In this document: in pieces, positions 18,045 through 27,162 of the stretch
Numbering within the stretch: position 1 is the stretch's first letter
Layout of the letters: each line of letters begins with the position of its first letter
Assembly (NCBI GenBank): GCA_963663805.2
Contig: CAXXMR010000027.1
Span: 19,971 to 83,970, forward strand
Source of the DNA: Sedimentisphaerales bacterium
GTDB lineage: Bacteria; Planctomycetota; Phycisphaerae; Sedimentisphaerales; SM23-30
Direction: 5' to 3'
Length of the DNA stretch: 64,000 bases
Made by a program: the position numbers and the translations under genes
Notes under the pieces: model-generated
The model's database searches: none
The model's input: the letters and a program-made list of their open reading frames with translations, nothing else
Told to the model about the DNA's origin: nothing

Positions 18045-18365
18045 TTATTTTTCTTCTGAAAGTTGTATCGACCGTTGCATTTTGGCGCGGGATTTAAGAT
18101 ATTGCGAAACGCTTTCCCAGCGGTATAAAGTGACCTTGTTGACACCCACTTTGCGGGATAACTCATCAACAGTAATATCGGGACAACTCAGAATATACGC
18201 CATCGCCAGAGTTTTTTTGTCAACATGAACCAGACGATTATCTGAAAAATATTGAACCTGCTTTTTGCCTTGGGAATCGCCGCACAAGCTATCTATTTCA
18301 CCATCAACAATTTTCAGCGAGTCAATAAGGGATTGTTTCAATTGAATTAAATCAGGTAATTTCAT
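18045..18365 (-). CDS. HTH DNA-binding protein (prophage regulator candidate)
   Basis: C-terminal HTH ITVDELSRKVGVNKVTLYRWESV. It is a paralogue of 18844-19158. Confidence 0.55.
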   Translation of the reverse strand: MKLPDLIQLKQSLIDSLKIVDGEIDSLCGDSQGKKQVQYFSDNRLVHVDKKTLAMAYILSCPDITVDELSRKVGVNKVTLYRWESVSQYLKSRAKMQRSIQLSEEK

Positions 18366-18429
18366 GATATGCCAAGGAGTACAAAAAATGGCTCTCCTAG
18401 CGGAACTTACAAGGCTAGGAGAGCAAAGA

Positions 18430-18651
18430 TTATTTATGCAAATTTTTCATTCGGTTTTTCTCAAATAGGCACACCTCCTTTCGTAAATATCTGATAGTAC
18501 TGCCTTTCTTTTTGCCTAAACACAGAACCACAAACCCTTCCTCGCAAGCAATGGACATCACGGTATTTCGGGAAACTTGCCAGCGGTGGGCTAATTCTTT
18601 AGGTGAGACGTAAACAGAATCGTTTGAAACATTTGTTGTGCTGTTTTTCAT
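18430..18651 (-). CDS. AlpA/excisionase-type HTH protein
   Basis: VSPKELAHRWQVSRNTVMSIACEEGF…IRYLRKEVCLFE resembles Xis/AlpA (HTH_17-type) proteins. Confidence 0.5.
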   Translation of the reverse strand: MKNSTTNVSNDSVYVSPKELAHRWQVSRNTVMSIACEEGFVVLCLGKKKGSTIRYLRKEVCLFEKNRMKNLHK

Positions 18652-18716
18652 GCTAAAATCCTTCGGTAATTCTATTAACGCTTCCAGTAGTGGCCGACCG
18701 TCGCATGAAAAACGTT

Positions 18717-18747
18717 AAAAAAAAGCCTGAAAATGGATTTTCAGGCT
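18717..18747 (-). terminator. rho-independent terminator after 18844-19158
   Basis: 10-bp stem AGCCTGAAAA / TTTTCAGGCT with a 4-nt loop. On the minus strand it is followed by a U8 run (plus-strand A-run 18717-18724). Confidence 0.65.
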
Positions 18748-18843
18748 AAAAACGAGGGAAAATATTTTTATTTTGTCTAAAAACGTCGCATTGTTCGTCG
18801 CATGGATAGCGAAAATAACCACTTGAGGCCGATGGGGAATGAT

Positions 18844-19158
18844 TTAGCGGCTATATCTGTCACGCTTGTAATCTTTTCTTGCCCTCAAAATCCTTCCAAC
18901 TTCCGACCAGCGGTATAACGTCGATTTGTGTACCCCGACCATTTTTGCTAATTCTTCGGAAGGTATCCCCGGTAGTCTTAAAAGTATCGCCATTGCGACA
19001 TCCTGCGGGTCTAAATCTATGGTTTTCCCACCGGTTCGATAGGTAATACCGTTACTCTCAACGCCTCCCGATATGCCCTCCGACCCGTTATTCCCAACCA
19101 GCTCTAGAAGTTCATTGAGAAGATTTATTGCCAATTGTCTTTGTTTGGCATTCATCAA
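18844..19158 (-). CDS. HTH DNA-binding protein (prophage regulator candidate)
   Basis: HTH IPSEELAKMVGVHKSTLYRWSEV. It is a paralogue of 18045-18365. Confidence 0.55.
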   Translation of the reverse strand: MMNAKQRQLAINLLNELLELVGNNGSEGISGGVESNGITYRTGGKTIDLDPQDVAMAILLRLPGIPSEELAKMVGVHKSTLYRWSEVGRILRARKDYKRDRYSR

Positions 19159-19653
19159 TCTATCTCAATACTGGAAGATTATTTTATTTCATGGCTTATA
19201 TCATTGAATATAAAAGCGCGCGGATACCTCGGTCTAAATTTTAAAAGCAAAGTCAGGGTTATGGAAAATAGACTTAAGCCGATAAAGGCGGATTATCCCG
19301 ATGGTTTATATTGGGGTATCATTTGACAGGTTCCTTCCATGCTGCTGCAATTCTGTGTGTAGCCGCTTTCAATAAAGGCGGGATGTCCAAAATATACAAT
19401 ATAGATTTTCGTGACGCAAATTATCGCCCCTTAAATATATGTTTTTATTCAGGTGGACATTACGCAATCGGCAGGCAGGAAAAAAACACGACCTCCGGGG
19501 TTGAAAAAGACTGTCAGGCAAAAAAGAGGCCCAAAGTGGGAACACTTTTGGGTACACTCAACTTGACAACATGGGACATATATTATATAATGACATTCGG
19601 TAAACTATTGTGTTTACTGTAAGTTATGAATTTGCAATGGGGTCATTAACTCC

Positions 19654-19695
19654 CTCATAACCCGGAGGTCGTTGGTTCGAATCCAGCCCCCGCTA
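19654..19695 (+). tRNA. 3-prime fragment of a CAU-anticodon tRNA (Met/Ile2 type), from the anticodon loop to the discriminator; not a complete gene; att-site candidate
   Basis: The parts in order are anticodon loop CTCATAA, stem 3-prime strand CCCGG, variable loop AGGTC, T arm GTTGG-TTCGAAT-CCAGC, acceptor strand CCCCGCT and discriminator A. The spacing is exactly canonical. Upstream there is no D arm, no partner for the anticodon stem and no AGCGGGG acceptor strand. Confidence 0.65.
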
Positions 19696-19710
19696 ATCCT
19701 TGTTATAAAG

Positions 19711-19739
19711 GGACTTGCAGCAATGTAAGTCCTTTTTTT
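19711..19739 (+). terminator. rho-independent terminator after the tRNA fragment
   Basis: GGACTT-GCAGCAATGT-AAGTCC followed by T7. Confidence 0.6.
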
Positions 19740-19828
19740 GTGCGCCAAAATCAGGGTATTGTACCCTAAAGTGTACCCTGTGAGGCCGGAGGACTTGCCA
19801 AATATGGAAAACTTTTTTGGAGAAAGTC

Positions 19829-20998
19829 ATGGCAAGTTTTTTAAAGAAACGAGGTAAAGTTTATTATGCTCAGTATTATATCGGAACCAAGCAAAAACGG
19901 GTGAGTCTGGAAACTATGTCTTACCAAGTAGCAAAAGAAAAAATTCGGGATATTGAATCGGCTTTGTCGATGGGGTCGGATTCTCCGCTACCTTCCAAAA
20001 CTCCCCTAGAAAAAATTCTACAGAAATATGTCGTGCATATCCGCACGGTCAAGACTGCTAAGAGTGCCCAGACTGATGTTTACTATTTACGTCAGATGTT
20101 CGGGCCTATCTGTACTGGGTTGCAGGTGACTATCCGGAAGGTATCTGCTAAAGCCCTCAAAAGGCCGCCCAAGCCGGGGCAGGACCGGAGATTTAAAGCA
20201 TCGGTGATCGAGGTAGGATATTTTGAGCAAATCACCACAGAGGCAATATCTAGCTTTATATCGGCAAAAGTGCGTAGCACGGGGATAGCACCCAAGACAG
20301 CTAATCGATATCGGGAGATAATGTGCAGGCTGTTTAACTGGGCCATGGCTGAGGGTGGAGTGAAAATGCCTAACGATAAGAACCCAGCCGCTAAGGTGGG
20401 AAGGTACAAAGAATCTGCCCCTAAAATACGGTTTTTAACCTTACCGCAGATTGATGAGCAGCTAAATGCCCTTAGCGATTGCCCGCAAATTAAGATAATG
20501 GTGGCAATGTACATCTACGCAGGGTTAAGGCGGGAAGAATTGCTATGGCTCAGGCAAGAGGATATAAACCTAAAGGCAGGATATAACGGCATGATTCGGA
20601 TACAGGCCAAGACCGTTAATGACGAAAGCTGTGAGCCAAAAACAAAGGTAAATCGTGCAGTGCCAATAAGTTCTAGCTTGCGAAGTGTTTTAGAATATTA
20701 TCGTGTCCGTCCTTCGTTTGGAGATTGGTATTTTCCCAGCCCACAGGGGCACAGATACGACCCGGATAACTTCTCAAGCGACCTTAGAGCAGCTAATCAT
20801 AAAGTGGGCTTAAAATGGACCTGTCTGGATTTTCGGCATACTTTTGGAAGTCAGCTTGCAATGAAAGGGGAAAGTTTGTATAAGATATCTACTTTATTGG
20901 GTAATTCGCCGGAAATTTGTAAAAGGCATTACGCAGCTTTGTTGCCTGAAAGTTTGTTTAATACCGTTGATTTCGCAAGTAAAACCAGTGTTAACTAA
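19829..20998 (+). CDS. tyrosine recombinase / phage integrase, full length
   Basis: ATG at 19829 is preceded by GGAG. The N-terminal SAM-like domain and the C-terminal catalytic box LDFRHTFGSQLAMKGESLYKISTLLGNSPEICKRHYA are present. It lies 130 bp downstream of the tRNA fragment on the same strand. Confidence 0.85.
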   Translation: MASFLKKRGKVYYAQYYIGTKQKRVSLETMSYQVAKEKIRDIESALSMGSDSPLPSKTPLEKILQKYVVHIRTVKTAKSAQTDVYYLRQMFGPICTGLQVTIRKVSAKALKRPPKPGQDRRFKASVIEVGYFEQITTEAISSFISAKVRSTGIAPKTANRYREIMCRLFNWAMAEGGVKMPNDKNPAAKVGRYKESAPKIRFLTLPQIDEQLNALSDCPQIKIMVAMYIYAGLRREELLWLRQEDINLKAGYNGMIRIQAKTVNDESCEPKTKVNRAVPISSSLRSVLEYYRVRPSFGDWYFPSPQGHRYDPDNFSSDLRAANHKVGLKWTCLDFRHTFGSQLAMKGESLYKISTLLGNSPEICKRHYAALLPESLFNTVDFASKTSVN

Positions 20999-21273
20999 TT
21001 ATGGTTTTTCGAGGCGTTTTACCGCCTTGAAAACCTAGTTGTACTGAACGCGTGGGTTGGTTGGGTGTTTCGAAGCGTTTTTTGGGTTGGTGTTTTGGGC
21101 GTTTTTTATGTTTCTGCGGGTATCGGCATCATGCTTTTTGCGAGCTTTGGTCTCTTCGGCGCATACCGGTGACGTAGTCCCGAACTTTGTGGTTCATTCC
21201 GGGCGATTTTGTTCGCTGGGTCATTGTTCGATGCTAATCACCACATGCAAAGGGGGAAGCATTTGTAGAAAAT

Positions 21274-21768
21274 ATGCTAAAGGCCTCGGTTGATGAGACT
21301 ACGGGGGTTGGCTTGGATGTTCATATGCTTCAGCCGGGTTTGGGTTGGGTTCCCTGGTGGCAAAGTACGGTTTATCCTGATGCTTATCAGTGGTTCCAGC
21401 AGACATATCAGGTTACTCCGGATGGTTATGGGCAATATATGCTCGCTGGTGGTGATATGTTGCCGGTATTTATTTCCGAGTGCAGAGCAAATGGGCTTAT
21501 ACCATTCATCTCGTATAGACTTAATGACGCTCACGGCAAAGAATATATTGATGCTGATCCAGGCACTGTTCCTCCTTGGACCGGCCATGCTCTTAGCCGA
21601 TTTTACAAGGATCATCCGGAATATCGAATCGGGCCAAGTATGGATAATTGGTATCAAAGAGTTCATGACTGGTCAATAGATGCTGTTCGCCAACATAAAT
21701 ATGATTTTATTGAAGAAATATGTCAAAATTATGACATTGACGGCCTTGAACTTGATTTTATGCGTAAC
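21274..21768 (+). pseudogene. fragment of a TIM-barrel glycoside-hydrolase-like gene, 3-prime truncated by IS21
   Basis: …WSIDAVRQHKYDFIEEICQNYDIDGLELDFMRN is typical of GHL10-like hydrolases. The reading frame runs straight into the IS21 terminal repeat at 21769. Confidence 0.45.
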
Positions 21769-21865
21769 TGTCAATGGGCGCTTGAAAACCGGCCAGGTTG
21801 GGGCGCTGCAAAACCGGCCACTTTGATTATGGGTTTATAAATGTTGGTGGGGGTTTTTGCAAGGG

Positions 21866-22630
21866 TTAATCTTCTTTTTTTGGATTTTCGGGGTCGGATT
21901 GCTTTTTCTTGTTTTTCAGACGATAGCTTCTGCCGGTGATTTGGACTATTTCGGAATGATGCAGGAAGCGGTCCAGGATGGCGGTGGCTGAGGGCACATC
22001 GCCCAGAAGTTTGCCCCAATCTTCCAGCGGGCGGTTACTGGTCATGATTGTCGAACGGACTTCATATCTTTGCATGATCACTTCAAAAAGATACTCGCCG
22101 CTGTTTCGGGGCAATTGTTTCATGCCCATGTCATCGATTATCAGCAGGTCGGGTTTCAGATACTTCGCCAAAACTTTGTCTATCTGTCCCAAAGCTTCAT
22201 CCTGCATAAAATCGCGTACCAGATCGAAGATCGAACGATAGCGAACCGTATGGCCGTTCTTAATTGCCTGATAACCCAAAGCCTGGGCCAAATGACTTTT
22301 GCCGGTGCCGGGTGGTCCCAGGAATAATATATCGTTGCCCTGACGGATAAATTTGCAACAGGCAAAATCGTAGATCTGTTTTCGTTTAATGGTATTGTTG
22401 AACTGCCAGTCGAAATCTTCCAGGGTTTTTAATTCTCGAAACCCGGCCTGCTTAATTCTTCTCTGCATGAGTCTTTCATCTCTAATGAGAAGTTCATCCT
22501 GCAAAATCAGTTCTAAAAACTGATCGTATGAAAGCTGATTACCTACCGCTTCCTGGATACGAATTTCCAGCGAAGATGCCAGGCCGGACAATCGTAATTT
22601 CCTTAACGATGTTAACAATGATTCCTGCAT
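21866..22630 (-). CDS. istB: IS21 helper ATPase IstB
   Basis: Walker A LGPPGTGKSHLA and Walker B LLIIDDMG. Typical size of about 254 aa when started at MQESLLTSLRKL. Confidence 0.85.
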   Translation of the reverse strand: MQESLLTSLRKLRLSGLASSLEIRIQEAVGNQLSYDQFLELILQDELLIRDERLMQRRIKQAGFRELKTLEDFDWQFNNTIKRKQIYDFACCKFIRQGNDILFLGPPGTGKSHLAQALGYQAIKNGHTVRYRSIFDLVRDFMQDEALGQIDKVLAKYLKPDLLIIDDMGMKQLPRNSGEYLFEVIMQRYEVRSTIMTSNRPLEDWGKLLGDVPSATAILDRFLHHSEIVQITGRSYRLKNKKKQSDPENPKKED

Positions 22631-22755
22631 GTTTGTGCTCCTTGATTTGAAGGTTAGTAAAACAAATATTCCGTTTTCCCTTCTCGCCCAAAGGTGGAGG
22701 TTAAATGGCGGGGTTTGGGGCCGGCCCCAAGTAAAAATAGTTGCCGCAGGCATCC

Positions 22756-24366
22756 TTAATATTCATGATCTCCAAATGTTGTCAAAGTGACAAATTCCTG
22801 ATAATCGCTCATATCACGAATAATCGGATGTTCATCGATAAAGTTCATCATCTGCTGGTCCGGGATATCCTGATCTAATATTTTTTGAATAGTTTGCAAC
22901 CGCCAGGCTCCGTGATTGAGGGCTTTACGACAGGCATCATCTATTTGCTTAGGCGAATACGTGCCGCTCAGGCTCAATAGACCTAATATAGCTCTTTGGC
23001 CGGTTACGCCCCGGATTTCAAATAACTGCTTGGCCCAACGATGACTATGCTTACCGAGCAAAGCTGTTCTTTGGATCAGCCATTGGGCACCTTTTTCAAT
23101 TTGGCTTTGTTTATGGGGATGGATATGCTGCTGGTTAGTCTGAAATCTGCCCGGTTCAACTTTGCTGTGCAGAGCGATCTGTTCCATTTTATGGTTGAAT
23201 ACCCGAACCAGACGGCTGTCCCAACGCACCCATACTTGATGACCCACAAATTCCGGCGGAACCGAATAGTATGATTTATCAACTTCGACATGGCCATCGC
23301 GATGAACACTGCGTTTGCCTTCGTTAAAGGACGGGAAATAACTTTCCGGCAAAGATTTCAAGGCCGGCTTTTCGATTTCCAGAAAAACCTTCTCGACCTG
23401 CTGACGGGTAGTACCGTGAATACGTTTGTCTGCAATGCTCTTTTCCCAATGCAGAAGATGGGCGTTCTGCTGATTAAGGCAATCAAAATCTCGGCCTTTA
23501 AGAGCATTGGACTTAACATAATTTATACCATTCTCGACTTTGCCTTTGTGACGAGGCATATATGGTTTAGTGGGCAGGATGGCGGTACCGTAATGAACAT
23601 AAAAAGATTGAACCTTGGGTACGACCTCCGGATCATACCAGTCTGCCCGCGTTACCGCCGCCTTGAGATTGTCAATTACAATGGTTTGCGGCACCCCGCC
23701 GAAATACCAGAAGGCCTTTTCCAGACAACGCAAAAAACTATCGGTACTCTGATGGAATACCGTTTCACTGTAGGCTTTGCGGGAACAACTCAGGACGATC
23801 CGGAAGACGTAACTTCTTTTGCGTTTGCCGTTGGGCAGAGGAATATATCGGGCAGTACCGAAATCAATCTGAGCTTCCAGACCTGGCGAACATTCCAGAC
23901 GCCGAAAAGGCAGAGGATTGGTGTGCCGCAGCTTGCCAACGTAACGCCGTACACTGTAGTAGCTGCCGGTGAAATTATGGTCCGCTGCCAGATCCTGGTA
24001 AATTCGCTGAGCAGAGAGTTCCTGCTGAACCATCGGGACGATCAATTCGTGGTATTGGACACATTGACTGGTAGAACCGGGCGGAATCGAGATAGAATCG
24101 ACCTCAGAGCCGGGGGACGCCTTGGCCGGTTTTGAATCCCCCAGGGGCGCCCCGTACGGAGCAGATGCCGCCTGCCTGTCGACTGGCTTAGTCGATTCGC
24201 CTTCGGAAGGCCCGTCATCGTTGCCTGGCACCTCACGAAGCCGCCAATACCGGGCCACCGTCTCCCTGTGAATGCCTAACTCCCGTTCAATACGACGGTT
24301 AGACCAGCCACGATCCTTGAGTTGTAATACCGTTTGTACCTGTGCCATCGTCAAATAGTTCGCCAT
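22756..24366 (-). CDS. istA: IS21 transposase IstA
   Basis: N-terminal HTH MANYLTMAQVQTVLQLKDRGWSNRRIERELGIHRETVARYWR, followed by the DDE integrase core. It sits immediately upstream of istB. Confidence 0.85.
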   Translation of the reverse strand: MANYLTMAQVQTVLQLKDRGWSNRRIERELGIHRETVARYWRLREVPGNDDGPSEGESTKPVDRQAASAPYGAPLGDSKPAKASPGSEVDSISIPPGSTSQCVQYHELIVPMVQQELSAQRIYQDLAADHNFTGSYYSVRRYVGKLRHTNPLPFRRLECSPGLEAQIDFGTARYIPLPNGKRKRSYVFRIVLSCSRKAYSETVFHQSTDSFLRCLEKAFWYFGGVPQTIVIDNLKAAVTRADWYDPEVVPKVQSFYVHYGTAILPTKPYMPRHKGKVENGINYVKSNALKGRDFDCLNQQNAHLLHWEKSIADKRIHGTTRQQVEKVFLEIEKPALKSLPESYFPSFNEGKRSVHRDGHVEVDKSYYSVPPEFVGHQVWVRWDSRLVRVFNHKMEQIALHSKVEPGRFQTNQQHIHPHKQSQIEKGAQWLIQRTALLGKHSHRWAKQLFEIRGVTGQRAILGLLSLSGTYSPKQIDDACRKALNHGAWRLQTIQKILDQDIPDQQMMNFIDEHPIIRDMSDYQEFVTLTTFGDHEY

Positions 24367-24484
24367 TTTGTGCCTCTGATAACCTGAGTTTTTACCCAGA
24401 TTAACAAAGACAAACATTTCAACTATTCAATTTTGGCCGGTTTTCAAGCGCCCCTCATTGGCCGGTTTTGAGCGCCCCTTGACA

Positions 24485-25536
24485 CCCGGCATCATGGCAC
24501 TTGTGGCGAGACCACAGAGTTTTTGTCCCTTGGGCTACAATTCAAAACTGGGTTGAGGCGACGGGGAAAAAAAGCTGAGCAACGAATTACAACTGAGTAC
24601 CTTGATGGTGTTCTGGCTGATTTCTCCGGCTATATTGCAGCGGACGAATTATATGATGGGCCATTCTGCGTCTTATCCATAGTGGATAACCACACCTTCA
24701 AACGGCTCATCTACGAGGTTCTTGACCATAATCCCACTCATGAAGATATAACAAACTTTTCCTTTCGGTTTCGGACCGAACTGGTACAAAGAACGCTGAC
24801 ATTACGGGGTGTTACGACCGACGGCTCGCCTTTATATCCGGAGCCATTGGCGCTGATATTTCCTGACGCTGCTCATCAGGTGTGCGAATTTCATGTCCTC
24901 AAGGAGATCAACAGAGAAATACTCAAAGCTGTTACGAAAGTACGACGAGAGCTCAAGGCAAAGTTGCCCAAGCTGAAACGTGGCCGTCCATCGTCTTCTT
25001 CCGCGAAGAAAGCGGCATCACGCAAGAAGAAACAGGAAAAGAAAATTGCCGATCTGTTTGAGCACAGATATTTATTTGTACAACATTCATTGAGTTCGAA
25101 GGATAAGAAGAAGTTTTTGCATATAACCAGAGGCTTGCCAAACCTGAGAAATTTACGCTCGATCATGGATCAGGTTTATCGTCTTTTTGACCGTCGTTGT
25201 CGAACGGAAACGGCATTGGAAAAGTTGGCTGTGTTACGCCGGCGAATTGGGCGATTCAAAACCTTGCGACAGACTCTTAAGAAATTGTTCACCCCCAATA
25301 TCGAAAAGGCGTTGACCTTCCTTGATGATTCACAACTGCCGTCAACGTCCAACGCGGTTGAACGGGGCTATCGCCGCCATCGAAAAATGCAGAAGAGTGT
25401 CTATCGAGTGCGAACTCAAACCAATATCAGCCAGCGGGTGGCTATTGATATGCAGCGTGACGAGCAGTCCCAAGGCCGTTTACGAACTACAACAACACTT
25501 CATGAAGAAAGGACTGGAATGCTATGTTGCCGGTAA
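24485..25536 (+). pseudogene. ISL3 transposase fragment (C-terminal DDE part)
   Basis: The protein is identical to the C-terminal 337 aa of the copy-1 transposase. The A7 run is retained at 24567-24573. Confidence 0.85.
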
Positions 25537-25551
25537 AGATGCTACAGAGTC
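24485..25551 (+). mobile_element. second ISL3-family copy, 5-prime truncated by IS21
   Basis: The translated ORFs (24523-25536; 7489-8847 tail) are identical to copy 1 and the stretches compared at both ends match the reverse complement of 7474-8540. It starts abruptly at the IS21 end and ends with the same terminal repeat …GATGCTACAGAGTC. Confidence 0.85.
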
Positions 25552-25571
25552 ATAATTTTTTCAAATTATCT

Positions 25572-27162
25572 GTAACACTTTAGCCAAGTGAAGCAGAGAA
25601 CTCCGCGAGTTTTGGCAATTTGCCGGTTTTGATGTATGTTCGCAGGGCTTTTTTGATGGTAGCAACCGGGTTTAGGCCGCGTTGTTTCAGGGTAAAAAAC
25701 ACGCTCATCAGCACCGATTGCGTTCGGGCTCCACGGTCGCTGCGGTTGTTATAGCTGTTCTTTCGCATGATCACCGCGCCGCGAATGCTGCGTTCGCCAA
25801 AATTATTATCGAACGGCACCTCGCGATTGCTCAGAAAAGTGAACAGCTCATCATGATGGCGTTTCAAACGCTTAATCAACCGCTGAGCTTCCTTGTTCGA
25901 CCACTCATGCGCGATAATAAGATCCAAGCGTTTTTCGATTCGTTGGCAGCGCCGCTGGTAAACCGTCGCATCCAGTTCATCGATGCGTTTACGCAGGCGT
26001 ATCGCGTCGCGAATTAATCGTTTGAGTTTTTTGGAGAACCTCGGCCAATCGCCGCTGTGGTCTTTGGCTTTCCAGACTCGCTCCAAATCACGCAGTAAGT
26101 GAACCAGGCACTTTTGTTTGGCGCATGACAATACATTGTAAGCATACCAGAAGTCACTTACGAACACGCCGTTGAAACATTCTTTGATAAATTCCAAAAC
26201 CACCGGCCCGGCCCGCGACTGCTCGACCGTAAAAATCGTGGCTTGATGGCTGGTAAAGCACCATAACCAATGCGTTTTACCGTTTACCCGCCAGCCGGTC
26301 TCATCGCCGTGCAGGACACCGGCTTTTTGAATGTCCTCGATTATTTCTTCGTACCAGGCCAGGAGTATATCCGCTAAACGATGCCACATCTGGACTAATC
26401 CGCCCGGCGACATCTTAAACCGGAGATGAAAATTAAACACCTCCAGGATCTGCGCTATCGTATTGCCCAACGCAAAGTGGAGCCAGGCACACAAAACCAC
26501 AATACCATTGCCAATAGATGATTTTGGCAGAGCATCGGTTACGATCGGCTCAACCGCCTTGCGACAGTTCGGACACCAGTCGCGATGAATAACATGCTTT
26601 ACCGTCTCAACGCGAACATCTTCCGGGATGTCTTCGATGATTCGTTCACGTGTGCCGGAACATTTTTTCAGTTCGCCGCCGCAGTCCGGACAACATGAAG
26701 CGCGATGTTCTTCGGTACGGTCTATTTGGGTCGGCAGATTGCGGCGAGTACCTTGATGCCCTTTTTTACGGCCAAACTTTTTGCCGCGTTTTTTATCTGT
26801 TTTGTTCGGCTTGACAAAAACCGGCTTCTGACCTGAGGGACACGAAGGATCAGCCGGACTGCCGGCAACTAACGTACCTTGTGTTTTTTCCGCTGCCAGT
26901 TTCGACAGTCTCAGCAAAACAAAAACCACCGCCTCTCTGCCTTGCTCGTAAATAAGCTCAGCCTGCTCCGCAGTCAATTCCTGCTCTAAGGCCAGGTCGG
27001 CGATAGCCTGTTCAGCATTCGGCTTCATCATGCTGAAACTATAAACCATTACACGCAATAGCGCAAATTACCCATCTTAACATTTTAAAGTTTTTTTTGT
27101 CTTTTTTTTGCACAAGCCAACCCAAAAGCTATAGAATTTGCTTCACTTGGCTAAAATGTTAC
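25572..27162 (-). mobile_element. IS66-family element, single-ORF type
   Basis: Terminal repeats are GTAACACTTTAGCCAAGTGAAGC and the reverse complement of GCTTCACTTGGCTAAAATGTTAC (22 of 23 match; the GTAA start is typical of IS66). An 8-bp target duplication AATTATCT lies at 25564-25571 and 27163-27170. Confidence 0.85.
25580..27031 (-). CDS. IS66-family transposase
   Basis: Zinc-finger pairs CPDCGGEL…CPNCRKAV. DDE region LHGDETGWRVNGKTHWLWCF. Start taken at MMKPNAEQ. Confidence 0.8.
   Translation of the reverse strand: MMKPNAEQAIADLALEQELTAEQAELIYEQGREAVVFVLLRLSKLAAEKTQGTLVAGSPADPSCPSGQKPVFVKPNKTDKKRGKKFGRKKGHQGTRRNLPTQIDRTEEHRASCCPDCGGELKKCSGTRERIIEDIPEDVRVETVKHVIHRDWCPNCRKAVEPIVTDALPKSSIGNGIVVLCAWLHFALGNTIAQILEVFNFHLRFKMSPGGLVQMWHRLADILLAWYEEIIEDIQKAGVLHGDETGWRVNGKTHWLWCFTSHQATIFTVEQSRAGPVVLEFIKECFNGVFVSDFWYAYNVLSCAKQKCLVHLLRDLERVWKAKDHSGDWPRFSKKLKRLIRDAIRLRKRIDELDATVYQRRCQRIEKRLDLIIAHEWSNKEAQRLIKRLKRHHDELFTFLSNREVPFDNNFGERSIRGAVIMRKNSYNNRSDRGARTQSVLMSVFFTLKQRGLNPVATIKKALRTYIKTGKLPKLAEFSASLG

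Larger units (their letters stand above)
10833..19158 (-). mobile_element. integrated filamentous (inovirus-like) prophage
   Basis: All genes are on the minus strand in canonical inovirus order. The order is regulators, structured intergenic region, small ssDNA-binding-like protein, HUH Rep, coat proteins, adsorption protein, pVI-like protein, Zot/pI and secretin. Confidence 0.8.
21769..24484 (-). mobile_element. IS21-family insertion sequence (2716 bp)
   Basis: The ends are TGTCAATGGGCGCTTGAAAACCGGCC… and …GGCCGGTTTTGAGCGCCCCTTGACA. Each end carries two copies of the GGGCGCT-N-AAAACCGGCC repeat. The istA/istB gene pair lies inside. No flanking direct repeat is present (GCGTAAC versus CCCGGCA). 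Confidence 0.85.

Noticed and set aside
19620-19695. A complete tRNA gene
   Set aside because: Only the segment from the anticodon loop to the 3-prime end fits the cloverleaf. There is no D arm, no 5-prime anticodon-stem strand (ACTCC cannot pair with CCCGG) and no proper acceptor 5-prime strand.
21222-21245. A 20-of-22 match (CATTGTTCGATGCTAATCACCAC) to positions 40-62 of the left integrase gene, as a possible third integrase remnant
   Set aside because: It is too short to exclude chance in a 64-kb window, and homology does not extend on either side.
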